DNA from: a bacterium
Lineage (GTDB): Bacteria > UBA8248
DNA: 64,000 nt
Reading direction: 5' to 3'
Assembly (NCBI GenBank): GCA_963692865.2
Contig: OY843592.1
Span: 3,200,001-3,264,000 of the forward strand
Shown here: positions 30,378-41,654 of the stretch, one piece after another
Position numbering within the stretch: the stretch's first letter is position 1
How the letters are laid out: each line of letters begins with the position of its first letter
The notes under the pieces: model-generated
Databases searched by the model: none
Told to the model about the DNA's origin: nothing
What the model saw: only the letters and a program-made list of their open reading frames with translations
Made by a program: the position numbers and the translations under genes

Positions 30378-30683
30378 TTCGCCCGTTTAGATACGGAGAA
30401 GTGTTCCCATCGGGCGTGAGATCCTGTTATCTTATTGATGTCATTGAAAAAGATTCATTGTTTCCAAGATCGTTTGGAATCCATAATCTGCGGTATGTAA
30501 TCAAAACGAAAGCGCGCCAATTCAAACTCCAGCGCAGTCCGGCGGGTTTCTGTCGGTATCCGATGGTAAGCGTTCGGGCGGGCCGTGACAGATTAGGTTT
30601 CAGTACCGCCCGGATTCAACTTGAAGCCGACTTCCAGAAGATGAAGGCTGATACCGAAATGCTGTGCATATACCGCTTTGCCT
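30378..30683 (+). repeat. Copy B of the conserved non-coding element
   Basis: TTCGCCCGTTTA ... TCTGCGGTATGTAATCAAAACGAAAGCG ... TACCGCCCGG ... TATACCGCTTTGC. Confidence 0.8.
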
Positions 30684-31192
30684 AAAGATACTACTAGGCA
30701 TAGATAGCGGACAAAGCCTTGGGCTGTACCAATTGCGTTTGGACAAATCATCGAACTCCCGCTACTCGAGTGCTTCCATCACGGCTTGGATGAACGCTTT
30801 CATCCGATGGGGTGAACGCCCTCTCCTGGCAGTATCACACTGTGCAGTATGCATCGGTTCTCGAACTCATAGGTTGAGCTGAAGTACGTGTCGTCAAACC
30901 ATTGAACGTTATTAGCGACGTTATGAAAGTATCTGAAGCCTTTGGACTTCGCGACCGCCTGCGCAGGACTCTGGCTGAGAGGAAGACCGTAAGGACGAAC
31001 ATCACCTACGGGACAGCCACTATGGAAGAAATAGCCTATCTCCACGCAGATTCTGACAGCAAGCCTAGGTCTGTTGTATGGCCGGTCCTATAGCTATTGC
31101 TACCACGGAACATCGGACTAACTACTATAATATGTTACGCTTGGTTCCAAGAATAGACTTACATGTGAGATTGATTCAAGGAGCGCGATTTT

Positions 31193-32284
31193 ATGTGGTT
31201 AACTATCTCCTCGGTTACCACTCCGCTGGCGTTAGCAGCTCTTTTCGTACTAATTGGGGCTGGTATTGTCCGATTGATTTTAAGGCAAAAGCCGACAGCC
31301 TTCGGCATGTTGGTAGTTCAATATGGTTTTTGGTTGGCGATTACATTAAGTGTGCTTGCAAACTTCGCATTTATTTATACAACAAGGCTATCAACTGAAA
31401 TTTTGATTACTGGAGTCGTCCGTAGCGACGAGGGTCAATATTTGCCGAAAGTAATAGTCGACATTCCGGGAAAGGCTCGATCAATCACTGACGACAACGG
31501 GACGTTCACTATGAGCATCCCACGATCTCGTATAGCCCAAACATACAGAATAGACGCTTTCTTGCAGGGTTATCAGAAGAAAACGATCAAGGTTGATTCT
31601 CAATATGAATCCGTAAATATTACCCTTTCTCGAAAGATTCTAAATGTAAAAGAGTTTTTAAATGTTGGTTCGAATATTCTCGTGGGTCACTATTTAGGTT
31701 TGCCGCAATTAGACATACGAATTGAAATGTTGAACCCAACAGACCGCACGATTCAGGTGAAAGAAATGGCATTGCGAATTTTGCATAAAGAGACGGGAAA
31801 GGAGAAATCTTTATTTGTTGTAGGGATGTATTTAGAACGTGGTTTACCGGTGATGCCTCCACTGCCGATAATTACATTAAAGTCAGATGCAAAGTATGAA
31901 GTCATTTTTATTTTTCTAGAGCCTAGTATTGAAATACAACAAGTCTCACAAGATATACGAGTAGTTTTTGAGAAGAAAGGAATACGCTCCCCATATGAAT
32001 TGCAGGTTGGAAAGCTTGTTATTTCGGATAGCTTGGTGTCAAAACTACGCAAGCATGTTAAACAAAAGTGGTATTGGGAGCCTGGAAAATATGAATTGAT
32101 TTTTTCATGCACAGTGAAAGGCAGAAATTATGAAGTAGTTCATTCCTTAAAACTCTCGGAGGATGAGGTGTCAAAAATGAGGCGCATATCCAAATATTAT
32201 GCATCTGGGTTTGGAATTTTTTATGGTTACCATTTAGCACCTATCATGGATGCGCAGCCAGCGTTCTATGCGAATAAAAAATGA
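31193..32284 (+). CDS. AT-rich hypothetical membrane protein with a carboxypeptidase-regulatory-like (prealbumin-fold) domain
   Basis: Two N-terminal TM helices, then ITGVVRSDEGQYL..ITDDNGTFT; 363-aa ORF. Confidence 0.7.
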   Translation: MWLTISSVTTPLALAALFVLIGAGIVRLILRQKPTAFGMLVVQYGFWLAITLSVLANFAFIYTTRLSTEILITGVVRSDEGQYLPKVIVDIPGKARSITDDNGTFTMSIPRSRIAQTYRIDAFLQGYQKKTIKVDSQYESVNITLSRKILNVKEFLNVGSNILVGHYLGLPQLDIRIEMLNPTDRTIQVKEMALRILHKETGKEKSLFVVGMYLERGLPVMPPLPIITLKSDAKYEVIFIFLEPSIEIQQVSQDIRVVFEKKGIRSPYELQVGKLVISDSLVSKLRKHVKQKWYWEPGKYELIFSCTVKGRNYEVVHSLKLSEDEVSKMRRISKYYASGFGIFYGYHLAPIMDAQPAFYANKK

Positions 32285-32380
32285 ATACTTTGTATTACCT
32301 CATATTCTAGGATAATAATTTCGTCGAATTTTATGAAAGTTGATTTGTATATAGAGAGTATTTTCGAGTTTCGGTCAAAT

Positions 32381-32973
32381 CTGGTGTATGGCTTGGAGCA
32401 GATAAACATTGACGGCCTGCATGCCCTTATACACCAGCTTCTATAACGGCTTACAATCTATCGATTACAACCCGAACGACCTAGGTCCCTGGACGAACCT
32501 ATCCTCTCACCTGTGCGGCGACATAGAAGAAGTTGTTTTTGGCGCATTCTAGCGCAACGGTCTGATTCAGCCTTAGGCGCACGGCTCAAGCCCGGAAACG
32601 AATCTGGCGGAAAATCAGGCTCTGTCGTGAAGTGCAAGCTGGTCAGGGCGTTTGTTGGGCTTCACTTCCAAATCGGATTCGCTCGCCGGAGCAGCCGATT
32701 TGACTATCAACCTCTCAACGCTCGCCAGCCGGATTGACTTTACTGGCCTTGAGCACTGGGGCGTGAATAACGTTCCCGGCCCTATCGGCTCGAAAACGAT
32801 GTGGAATGACGGTGACTTACGCTATGGCGTCATTATCCGGGGTAATACGTTCAATCAATCTGGGTGGCGACGCTGGGGAGGTTACGGGCGCGTTCTTTGG
32901 AGCACGGCACGAAGGAATGGGAGGTGTTGTCGAGAGAAGCGATATGTCTGCCGGATTTGGTGGAACGCGATAG
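32381..32973 (+). pseudogene. Degraded surface-lipoprotein C-terminal barrel (transferrin-binding-protein-like)
   Basis: Reads ..DLGPWT..FGAF*RNGLIQP*AHG..LS*SASWSGRLLGF..GDLRYGVIIRGNTF, then after a frameshift GDAGEVTGAFFGARHEGMGGVVERSDMSAGFGGTR*. Confidence 0.65.
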
Positions 32974-33107
32974 TATAAGCAAGAATGATGGAATGGGGAC
33001 GGTCAGATATCAAGCTGATTTGTATCTTTTTCTCATTCTAATCAATGAGTCTGGATTTTGTCGACTCTTCCTAGTTATTCCTGAAGAATCACTCCCCTCG
33101 GTACTGC

Positions 33108-33300
33108 CTTCCGCCCGTTTAAAGACAGTGGGTTGTTTCCAGCAGTTGCGAGATTCCGGTATCCCGCTGATATCATTGAGAAAAACCAATTCTTCTCACT
33201 CTCGTTCGGGGTTCGCTTTCTGCAAGATGTAATCAAAACAGAAGCGGATGAATTCAAAGGCCTGCACAATCCGGCGAGTCTTTGTCGGGGTGATCATTAC
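33108..33300 (+). repeat. Copy C of the conserved non-coding element
   Basis: TCCGCCCGTTTA ... TCTGCAAGATGTAATCAAAACAGAAGCGGATGAATTC; core is 44/58 identical to B and 44/58 to D (ungapped, hand count). Confidence 0.8.
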
Positions 33301-33879
33301 ATGTCGTCGTGATAGCGGGACCGTAACAACGACGGTTCGGTTTCCTGTCCGAACGCGATCTGTCCGGCTCAGTGTTTTCGCCGCCTTCGGATGCTCCAGA
33401 ATGGTTAAGCAGTTCCAGTGAATAGCCAACATTCTCAACTTGGCCTTCATGTCTTTTAACCCGCCCTCATTTCTTGCTTTGACGGTACTTCTGTTCAGAA
33501 CCATCATGGCCCGCCGGAATGTTTGCTTGCAAGTACACTCAGTTCCACTCAGAATGTTGGTTGTAGACAGTTACGATACGATGACGAACTAACGATCATG
33601 CGGCGGAATGACTATGATGAATAGTACATCCATGAGAGCCGAGACCGAAGTTCAGTATATCTACACGCGGTGCATCGTAGAGTTCGGCTTGTTGGCAGGG
33701 CTTCGACGAGGAGTACGAGATATGTGGCTTTGAAGCAACCGAATTCACTGAAATGGAAATGATCGAATTCGAAATGTCTTTCCGCCTCAGCGATGAATTG
33801 TGGCTAATTGTCCATCCTTGGTGACTTTTCAACAACCGGTTATGTTGCATTGTACTCGATTGGAAAAGGAAGCTTGGTT

Positions 33880-34209
33880 ATGCCGCTAACAAGCGTTTGG
33901 GAAGTTTTTCTCGTAGGTACTCTCGGCGGCGTCTTTCTCGAGTTGATCCATTGGTGGAACTTGAGGCGCCGAAACCCACGTTTTCCAAATTACGTCAAGT
34001 CGGCCTTTTATTGGGTCGTGACGATTCTTATGGCTATCGCCGGCGGCGCTCTTGCAACATTTTACTTTGGCGGACAAGCTGAAGCTATTGTCGCACTCCA
34101 TGTCGGGATATCAGCCCCGCTTATATTCCAGAAACTCGCTACGACAATGGCGCAACCTGGCGCACGCTCCATGGATGGTCAGGGCATGATAGATTTTTTT
34201 AGCTGGTAG
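33880..34209 (+). CDS. Small multi-TM membrane protein upstream of the caspase gene
   Basis: AAGGA RBS; about three hydrophobic segments; 7 bp from the next gene. Confidence 0.75.
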   Translation: MPLTSVWEVFLVGTLGGVFLELIHWWNLRRRNPRFPNYVKSAFYWVVTILMAIAGGALATFYFGGQAEAIVALHVGISAPLIFQKLATTMAQPGARSMDGQGMIDFFSW

Positions 34210-34216
34210 TCTCACC

Positions 34217-36814
34217 ATGCGCGTTGGAGCGGCGATCTTTGGCATATCAGAATATTCTGATATCAACCTAAATACAGGTGCAAATAAGTTACTTTATGCC
34301 AGCGAAGATGTCCTGTCCTTCGAAAGATACGTTCGAGCAGCTTGGTCAACTGCAACTCTTCTGACAATTGAATGCTGGACGGATCATTCAGCCACTTCGT
34401 CCGAATGGTCCTCTTCAATAGAGCGGCTGGCTGCCTTCAAACTCGACCTTTTTATTGTCTATCTCGCTGGACATGCCTTTCGTACTGAACAGGACAATGC
34501 TGTTTTCTGCTTGGCGGACGCTCATGGCAATGACGGTGTTCTCACTTCCGAGGAAATCGATCGAGCATTCGAATCCATAGGTGCGGGCACATCCGTGCTT
34601 TTTCTTGATTGCTGTCATGCAGAAGCTGTCGTCGCCGGAACGCGGTTCTTTCGTGTGTTGGACGGAAGCCGTGCGCGCCTCTTTTTATGCTCTGCGCGGT
34701 CGGAGCAAAGGGCTTGGGAGGACAGCACAATTCAGCACGGACTGTTTTCCAACGCCGTCATCCGCGGACTAGCCGACACCTCACCGCTCTCAAGCGTCGA
34801 CGGCTATGTCGACGTAGACGATCTTTTCATATTTGTTTGCGAGGATGTCTCGAAACGAGCCTTCGCTCAAAAAAACCAAGCGCGCCAAGAACCGGTCCGC
34901 GGAGGCATGAGCACCTCCCGGGTGCGAATGCCGACAGCGTCAGTCGCAGAGCTAGGAGATCAGATATCCACGTATCAAGCCCTCGCCACCACCTTTAGGC
35001 GCTGGTTGACTCGGGCTGCTGTGTTTTTGATCGCATTTATCGTAATTACCGACCTCTCCTACCAGCATCTTATGATCGACTCAGAGGGGGATATCGTCGC
35101 GCGTTCGGGCTTGCGAATCTTTGATCCGCTTCGGCGCATGCTTCCAGGTGGAATCATTGATACTGGTTTCGATCGTAGTGATCTCGACCAGAATCCAGAC
35201 GCAAACACAGGAGCCTTCAGTAAACTTGTGAATGGAAGTCTTTTGGCCAATCGTCTACGTTATTCAACCGCTTGGCCCACGAAGCTGGGCCCACTCTTGA
35301 AAACGGAGGCCCGGCAAAAGCTATCGATTTTCCTCCACGCTCGTTTGGACGACGGGGCTGACGGCTACAACTCGGCTGTTCATGGGCCACGAATTGAAGA
35401 GTTCCTTACTCTAAAAACACTTGATCAGACCATGGATGTCGATAGTGTCAAAAAGGCCTTCGCCTACGATCTGCCGAATATTGATCTGGGCTGCTGGGAG
35501 AATATCGTCAATAAAATCGATTTCACACTGTCAAACCCATCGACAACCCGATTTCTAAAAGAACTGGATTGGCACTTCTTGGTGACCGTTGATACTGATG
35601 ATCGCAATAAGAGCTTCGGCAAGTTGTTAAAGATTGTGGCATATCGTCATGTAGCCGATGCGCGGGAACGCGCTTCGGGCATCCGCAATTTGAAATATGA
35701 CGGTGTTCGCGAATTTGCTCGACTCGCTGATTGGGCACGCTCGCCCCGGTTCCGGTCAGTCATTTCTGAAATCAAGCACCCGAATTCTTGGTGTGCATTG
35801 TCAGAAGTCTTTGTCGTCGCTCTCACTGACGATGACAAAGCAGCGAGCAACGCCGAGGGAATTCTCCTGGCACAGCTCGAAACATACGATAAAGCCGAAA
35901 CAGGCGACGTGTTGAATAGCGGCGCTGCGATGGCTCTATCGTTGCTCGCCATCGTTGCCCGTCATCGTTATCTTGAAGAACGAACCGTAGACCGTGTTTC
36001 GCGCTTCTTGCGAACGGATGAACGCGGCCTTGATGGCCCACCAGAATTTGCAGAATGGCTCACAGCAATTGCTCCTCTCATGCCGTTCCCCAAAGACACG
36101 CGCGGGTTTCTGTTGGACACACTTTCGGCCCCCATGGAGGAACATGAATTCAAGCAGTTAACGGCCTTTGAAATTCTTGCTCGGAATGCTCAGCATTTGA
36201 GCGAGCAGGATCGCGCCGTCGTGGAGCGCTGGGCTCAGCAGAACCGTGAAAAGTTTGGCACCTTTGACTCCTATGTGAACGGCATTGCATATCTCGCCGC
36301 TTCCCTGCCAGACGGATTTGTACATGATTACCTGTCTTCGGTGATGGCTCGCACCAACTCGGCCCGTGCCATCGCGCCACCGCGGGAGTCGTGGCGTGGC
36401 GACATGCTGATTTCGCAGAGCGATGTTCCGGAATGGCTAGCAATTTCGCGGATCGCGCAGGGTATGCTGCTTCAGGACCATGTTGCAAACGAGCTTGTTG
36501 CCTTTGCCAGTGTCGCCTCCCCTGAAGAAACCCGAAGGGAAGCCCTTCTTGCCGTGGCTCATCAGTTAAAGGTCATCCGCACCAGTGATTGGCAAGGCTT
36601 GCGACGAACGCTCGCACGCTTCGCTGCCGATGGCCAGAAGCGCGATTTACTGGCCGAAGCGACGGGTTTGCACATTTGTGGTGAAACAACTGCCGAAAGG
36701 GAAGCCCATCTTAATGAGATCTTACGTATTTGGACTATGGAAAGGGTGCCGATTCTCCGGATCGGACTAGCCAAGACGCTAAAGCACGCGGCGCAATGCG
36801 CATTGACTAGATGA
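34217..36814 (+). CDS. Caspase-like (peptidase C14) protein with a TM helix and a large helical C-terminal region
   Basis: AIFGISEY, YLAGHA (His), FLDCCHA (Cys), HGLFSNAVIRGL, DGYVDVDDLF, QEP; TM segment AAVFLIAFIVI. Confidence 0.85.
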   Translation: MRVGAAIFGISEYSDINLNTGANKLLYASEDVLSFERYVRAAWSTATLLTIECWTDHSATSSEWSSSIERLAAFKLDLFIVYLAGHAFRTEQDNAVFCLADAHGNDGVLTSEEIDRAFESIGAGTSVLFLDCCHAEAVVAGTRFFRVLDGSRARLFLCSARSEQRAWEDSTIQHGLFSNAVIRGLADTSPLSSVDGYVDVDDLFIFVCEDVSKRAFAQKNQARQEPVRGGMSTSRVRMPTASVAELGDQISTYQALATTFRRWLTRAAVFLIAFIVITDLSYQHLMIDSEGDIVARSGLRIFDPLRRMLPGGIIDTGFDRSDLDQNPDANTGAFSKLVNGSLLANRLRYSTAWPTKLGPLLKTEARQKLSIFLHARLDDGADGYNSAVHGPRIEEFLTLKTLDQTMDVDSVKKAFAYDLPNIDLGCWENIVNKIDFTLSNPSTTRFLKELDWHFLVTVDTDDRNKSFGKLLKIVAYRHVADARERASGIRNLKYDGVREFARLADWARSPRFRSVISEIKHPNSWCALSEVFVVALTDDDKAASNAEGILLAQLETYDKAETGDVLNSGAAMALSLLAIVARHRYLEERTVDRVSRFLRTDERGLDGPPEFAEWLTAIAPLMPFPKDTRGFLLDTLSAPMEEHEFKQLTAFEILARNAQHLSEQDRAVVERWAQQNREKFGTFDSYVNGIAYLAASLPDGFVHDYLSSVMARTNSARAIAPPRESWRGDMLISQSDVPEWLAISRIAQGMLLQDHVANELVAFASVASPEETRREALLAVAHQLKVIRTSDWQGLRRTLARFAADGQKRDLLAEATGLHICGETTAEREAHLNEILRIWTMERVPILRIGLAKTLKHAAQCALTR

Positions 36815-37125
36815 ACAGATTCAGGCTCAGGCCAGTGGCATCGACCTCGGGACGACTACCCCAGAACTCGTTGACTGCCTATTCCGGTCACTCAAGGAAT
36901 CGTCGCCCCTTCGGCGAGCGGTGATTCCAAGACGAGTTCCGTCTCGATGATGAGCGCCGTGCGGTGCAGGGCCCCCGGCTCGAAACGACTGACAGATATA
37001 AGCAAACAAGTCTATTCTCGCTCATAATGTATATGTTGAGTTCATAGCCGGGATGAAGAAAGCTACTAAACAAATTTCTATCTGCCACCACGACTTACAC
37101 CAAATCTGCTATTCCACATCTAAAG

Positions 37126-37414
37126 CCTTCGCCCGTTTATGGAAATCAGGGGATATTCAAAGGAGGCGGAATCCTTGCAGATGGCTGAAATTGCTGTTTT
37201 TACGAATCCCGTCGGGGATTTGCCCGTCTGCAATAAGTAATCAAATCGAAAGCGGGTGAATTATAACCCCTGCGCATCCCTGCGAATCCGTGTCTCCAAA
37301 AGATGGGATGGACGCACTTCCCGAAAACATCTCACTGGGGCGAGGTGGGGTTGTTACCGCCCGGTACGCGAAATACCGAACCTGGTAAGATTTGCAAACT
37401 ATACGGCTTTGCTT
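37126..37414 (+). repeat. Copy D of the conserved non-coding element
   Basis: CCTTCGCCCGTTTA ... TCTGCAATAAGTAATCAAATCGAAAGCGGGTGAATT ... TACCGCCCGG ... TATACGGCTTTGC. Confidence 0.8.
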
Positions 37415-37442
37415 TATATTCATCCCTCAAAGGAGATGAATT

Positions 37443-38033
37443 ATGCCTGTCACAGCCGATTTGACAATCAGGGAAACTGCTGCCCTCTCGGGAGTGGCCC
37501 GGACAACGATCGAAAAAGCCCTGGAAGCCCGCGTCTTGCAGGCCCTCTCCGGCCCGGCCCGTCTTCGCGGTGGCTCGATGCGCTACCTCCCGGTCCGGGC
37601 CGTGGTCTATTTTCATACCCTGAAAGCAGCCAATCTTACGGACCTGCCTTTGCGCCATAAACGGGCGATCTGGACGAATATGGTCCGGCTTGAACCCATG
37701 CAGCTTGAGACCATCGAATTCACTCCCGGTGCGATGCTGGATCTCAAGCGTCTCGCGGCGGACTCTCTACGTAACGCCGAACGATACCGAAAAGCCCGCG
37801 ATCGATACATCACATCGGATGAGGACATCCTCGGTGGTACACCGATCATAGCCGGAACACGGTTGACGGTTTACGCGATTCTCGGGCGGCTGCAGGACGG
37901 AGACAATATCGATGAGCTCGCAGAGGACTACCCGGAGATTCCGCGCGAAGCGTTCGAGGCCGCCGAGATCTACGCCAAATCCCATCCGCTCCGAGGACGC
38001 CCGTCCGGCAGACCCTGGCGAAACGCGGCTTAG
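37443..38033 (+). CDS. DUF433 antitoxin with N-terminal HTH
   Basis: LTIRETAALSGV (HTH); DEDILGGTPIIAGTRLTVYAIL..DYP. Confidence 0.88.
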   Translation: MPVTADLTIRETAALSGVARTTIEKALEARVLQALSGPARLRGGSMRYLPVRAVVYFHTLKAANLTDLPLRHKRAIWTNMVRLEPMQLETIEFTPGAMLDLKRLAADSLRNAERYRKARDRYITSDEDILGGTPIIAGTRLTVYAILGRLQDGDNIDELAEDYPEIPREAFEAAEIYAKSHPLRGRPSGRPWRNAA

Positions 38034-38053
38034 GTGACGGTTCCAGTAAGACG

Positions 38054-38440
38054 ATGCGGTTGTTTCTCGATGAGTGCCTGTCGCCTAAAATTGCCCAGGC
38101 TCTGAATGCCGAGGGGGTTCATGTTGCCCTGCATCCGCGCGACTTCGGTGGGCTGGGCGCGTCGGATCACCACGTCCTGGCCCGGTGTGTCGAGCAGGAC
38201 CTTGTACTCGTAACGGCCAACGCGCGTGATTTCTGCGCCCTCGTCGCCACAAAGGAAGTGCATCCCGGCCTCGTCATCCTGCCGAGCGTGGGCCGGGAAC
38301 GCTCGGAGTCACTGCTGCGGGACGCGATTGCTTTCCTGTCTGGGCACGGCGACCCGATGAACATCATGGTCAACCATGTTCTCGAAGTGTCGATAGAGGC
38401 GGAAATGACGCTTTCTATGTTACCGGAACAAGAGCAGTGA
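38054..38440 (+). CDS. DUF5615 PIN-like toxin
   Basis: MRLFLDECLSP, GASDHHVL, LVTANARDF, HPGLVIL. Confidence 0.88.
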   Translation: MRLFLDECLSPKIAQALNAEGVHVALHPRDFGGLGASDHHVLARCVEQDLVLVTANARDFCALVATKEVHPGLVILPSVGRERSESLLRDAIAFLSGHGDPMNIMVNHVLEVSIEAEMTLSMLPEQEQ

Positions 38441-38485
38441 GCACTCGACAACGGCCCTGTCATTCACTTCAATCCATATCGAGGA

Positions 38486-41400
38486 ACAGATTTCCGCACT
38501 CTCGACGGCGCGTCCGGGTGGAATCGCTTTGAGGTATTGCTCAACGCCTTTCGGCATCACAGATTTCCGCACCTGACAAGACTTTCAAACAGGTCCACGG
38601 CAAGAACAAGTGCTCAACGCCTTTCGGCATCACAGATTTCCGCACCCGGTTCGGTACGAACTGCTTGGGCTTCGTGGGCGAGTGCTCAACGCCTTTCGGC
38701 ATCACAGATTTCCGCACCCGTTCCTTCTTCCTTTCCGTTCATGATGTTGTAATGTGCTCAACGCCTTTCGGCATCACAGATTTCCGCACTTGGCCGATCC
38801 TCTCCTGGGGTTTCTTCATTCGAAGTGCTCAACGCCTTTCGGCATCACAGATTTCCGCACTTTGATTACGTAAATCCTTCTGTCTTTGCCTCCAGGTGCT
38901 CAACGCCTTTCGGCATCACAGATTTCCGCACTTTGATTACGTAAATCCTTCTGTCTTTGCCTCCAGGTGCTCAACGCCTTTCGGCATCACAGATTTCCGC
39001 ACCCCCGCGCATCGAGCCGGTCTTGATGTCGATGATGTGCTCAACGCCTTTCGGCATCACAGATTTCCGCACAGTTTCCCCATGACGTCGATTTCCGGTT
39101 CTTCCCCCTGTGCTCAACGCCTTTCGGCATCACAGATTTCCGCACCAGCCGGGAGCCGGGAGAGGGGGAGAATCCCTCCAGTGCTCAACGCCTTTCGGCA
39201 TCACAGATTTCCGCACACCCAGACGGAACCGAACCGCACGACCTGGACATAATGTGCTCAACGCCTTTCGGCATCACAGATTTCCGCACGTGTCGCGCTT
39301 TTTGCTTCTAGCGCAAATAGCCTAGGTGCTCAACGCCTTTCGGCATCACAGATTTCCGCACGCAAGCCATCGACTCTAGCTGCGACTTGCTCAATGTGCT
39401 CAACGCCTTTCGGCATCACAGATTTCCGCACTAATTTTGAAGGATTATTCTTTCCAGCCCATTTTCTTGTGCTCAACGCCTTTCGGCATCACAGATTTCC
39501 GCACACCGCAGCTACACTCAGAACACGTCGTTCTCGTTCAGTGCTCAACGCCTTTCGGCATCACAGATTTCCGCACCCGTCCATCCGATAGAGACTTGCC
39601 AGATTTCTTCGGTGCTCAACGCCTTTCGGCATCACAGATTTCCGCACTTCTTTCCCCAGGTGGTCCGCCACGTGGTCTCTGAGTGCTCAACGCCTTTCGG
39701 CATCACAGATTTCCGCACCTTGCGCTCGAAGTAAGGCGTTGACAAGGCCCCCTTTGTGCTCAACGCCTTTCGGCATCACAGATTTCCGCACGCGCCTGAA
39801 TCTCCTGCTCCCGCAATACGACGGATGTGCTCAACGCCTTTCGGCATCACAGATTTCCGCACCAAATACCAGGCGGAAGCGTGGCAACGATTTTTCAAAG
39901 TGCTCAACGCCTTTCGGCATCACAGATTTCCGCACGCGAAACGTGCCGGTGGTGTCGGTGCGGACGTATGGGTGCTCAACGCCTTTCGGCATCACAGATT
40001 TCCGCACTTCCTGCCCTTCGCCTTGTGCTTGATATGGTGCAAGTGCTCAACGCCTTTCGGCATCACAGATTTCCGCACAGGCTCCAGTCCGCCAGACAAC
40101 GAAAAGGCCGGTGTGTGCTCAACGCCTTTCGGCATCACAGATTTCCGCACTACCTTCTAGATACTCGAATCTTTGGGACTGTGATGTGCTCAACGCCTTT
40201 CGGCATCACAGATTTCCGCACGATAACCCTTACGATTTTTAGATACAGGGGATATCCAAGTGCTCAACGCCTTTCGGCATCACAGATTTCCGCACTGGCC
40301 GGCCTCCTCCCAGGCTACAAACAGGAGCCGTGCTCAACGCCTTTCGGCATCACAGATTTCCGCACCGTATTCACCCTTTCTCCGGTTTGAATTTCAAATG
40401 TGTGCTCAACGCCTTTCGGCATCACAGATTTCCGCACAACGTCGCCATCGAAGATCATTTGAATCCGATCCGGTGCTCAACGCCTTTCGGCATCACAGAT
40501 TTCCGCACGAACGTCCCCGGCCCGGACCATTGAATTGTGGATATGTGCTCAACGCCTTTCGGCATCACAGATTTCCGCACGATTTCTCGGCCGCGATCTT
40601 CGGCAGGGACATCAGGTGCTCAACGCCTTTCGGCATCACAGATTTCCGCACGATCGTCTTCATGCTCAGCTATCCCCCACAAGTCAGGTGCTCAACGCCT
40701 TTCGGCATCACAGATTTCCGCACACTTCCGAGATAGGGGAATCCCCCACCGATGCCAAGTGCTCAACGCCTTTCGGCATCACAGATTTCCGCACGCATCA
40801 GCCGTACAACTGGAAAAAGCAAGGACCTTGTGCTCAACGCCTTTCGGCATCACAGATTTCCGCACGCTATTATACTCTTTTCCACTATCTATAATTTCTA
40901 TTGTGCTCAACGCCTTTCGGCATCACAGATTTCCGCACTTTTCCAATACCCTGAACAATGGGATATCGATTTTGTGCTCAACGCCTTTCGGCATCACAGA
41001 TTTCCGCACGCGCGCGAGTTCCATCCGCTCGGCGAGGGATACGAAGTGCTCAACGCCTTTCGGCATCACAGATTTCCGCACGCTTTATTCTTTCGACCAA
41101 TCGCAAGAATTCAATGTGCTCAACGCCTTTCGGCATCACAGATTTCCGCACGTCCTTGGAGCGCTTTCGGAACTCGGGTATGGTCTGGGTGCTCAACGCC
41201 TTTCGGCATCACAGATTTCCGCACCTTGAGCAGGCCAGCGACGCGGATCAGCTGAAGATATGTGCTCAACGCCTTTCGGCATCACAGATTTCCGCACGCA
41301 AGCGACACGGCGGAAGAGGTTTGCGTTGCGTTGTGCTCAACGCCTTTCGGCATCACAGATTTCCGCACTTCGAATGAAGCGACGGCGGCATCATATAAAA

Positions 41401-41654
41401 CCTGTGCTCAACGCCTTTCGGCATCACAGATTTCCGCACCGCCCGATACGATCGGCCAAATCGTTCAATTCCCTGTGCTCAACGCCTTTCGGCATCACAG
41501 ATTTCCGCACCCGCATAGGTGAGAACCTGCGACGATCCGTCCCCATGTGCTCAACGCCTTTCGGCATCACAGATTTCCGCACCTTGATGAGCATATCGCA
41601 AACTTGATAAGGGTATTTGTGCTCAACGCCTTTCGGCATCACAGATTTCCGCAC
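38486..41654 (-). CRISPR. CRISPR array: 44 full 36-bp repeats + 1 truncated, 44 spacers of 34-38 bp
   Basis: + strand repeat GTGCTCAACGCCTTTCGGCATCACAGATTTCCGCAC from 38537 to 41654, plus a 14-nt remnant at 38486-38499. The degenerate end on the left and the leader on the right imply minus-strand transcription. Confidence 0.98.

Noticed and set aside
30365-30685. 106-aa + strand ORF
   Set aside because: It coincides with non-coding repeat copy B, and the frame is not conserved in copies C and D.
37016-37043. dif-like CGCTCATAATGTATATGTTGAGT
   Set aside because: It resembles the XerC arm and spacer, but the XerD arm only fits with a 3-bp deletion, so it cannot be supported as a functional dif site.
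37200-37225. CGAATCCCGTCGGGGA resembling a tRNA T-arm/3' end
   Set aside because: No cloverleaf or CCA, and not conserved as such in copies B and C. No tRNA or rRNA gene was found in the window.
38861-38895. Duplicated spacer ends (reverse complement) in GTAATCAAA, like the repeated element core
   Set aside because: Only ~9 contiguous nt match, too little to claim targeting of the att element. No other self-match was spotted by eye; an alignment is needed.
38537-41654. Many short ORFs (LNAFRHHRFPH, CSTPFGITDFRT, AQRLSASQISA)
   Set aside because: These are translations of the CRISPR repeat, not genes.
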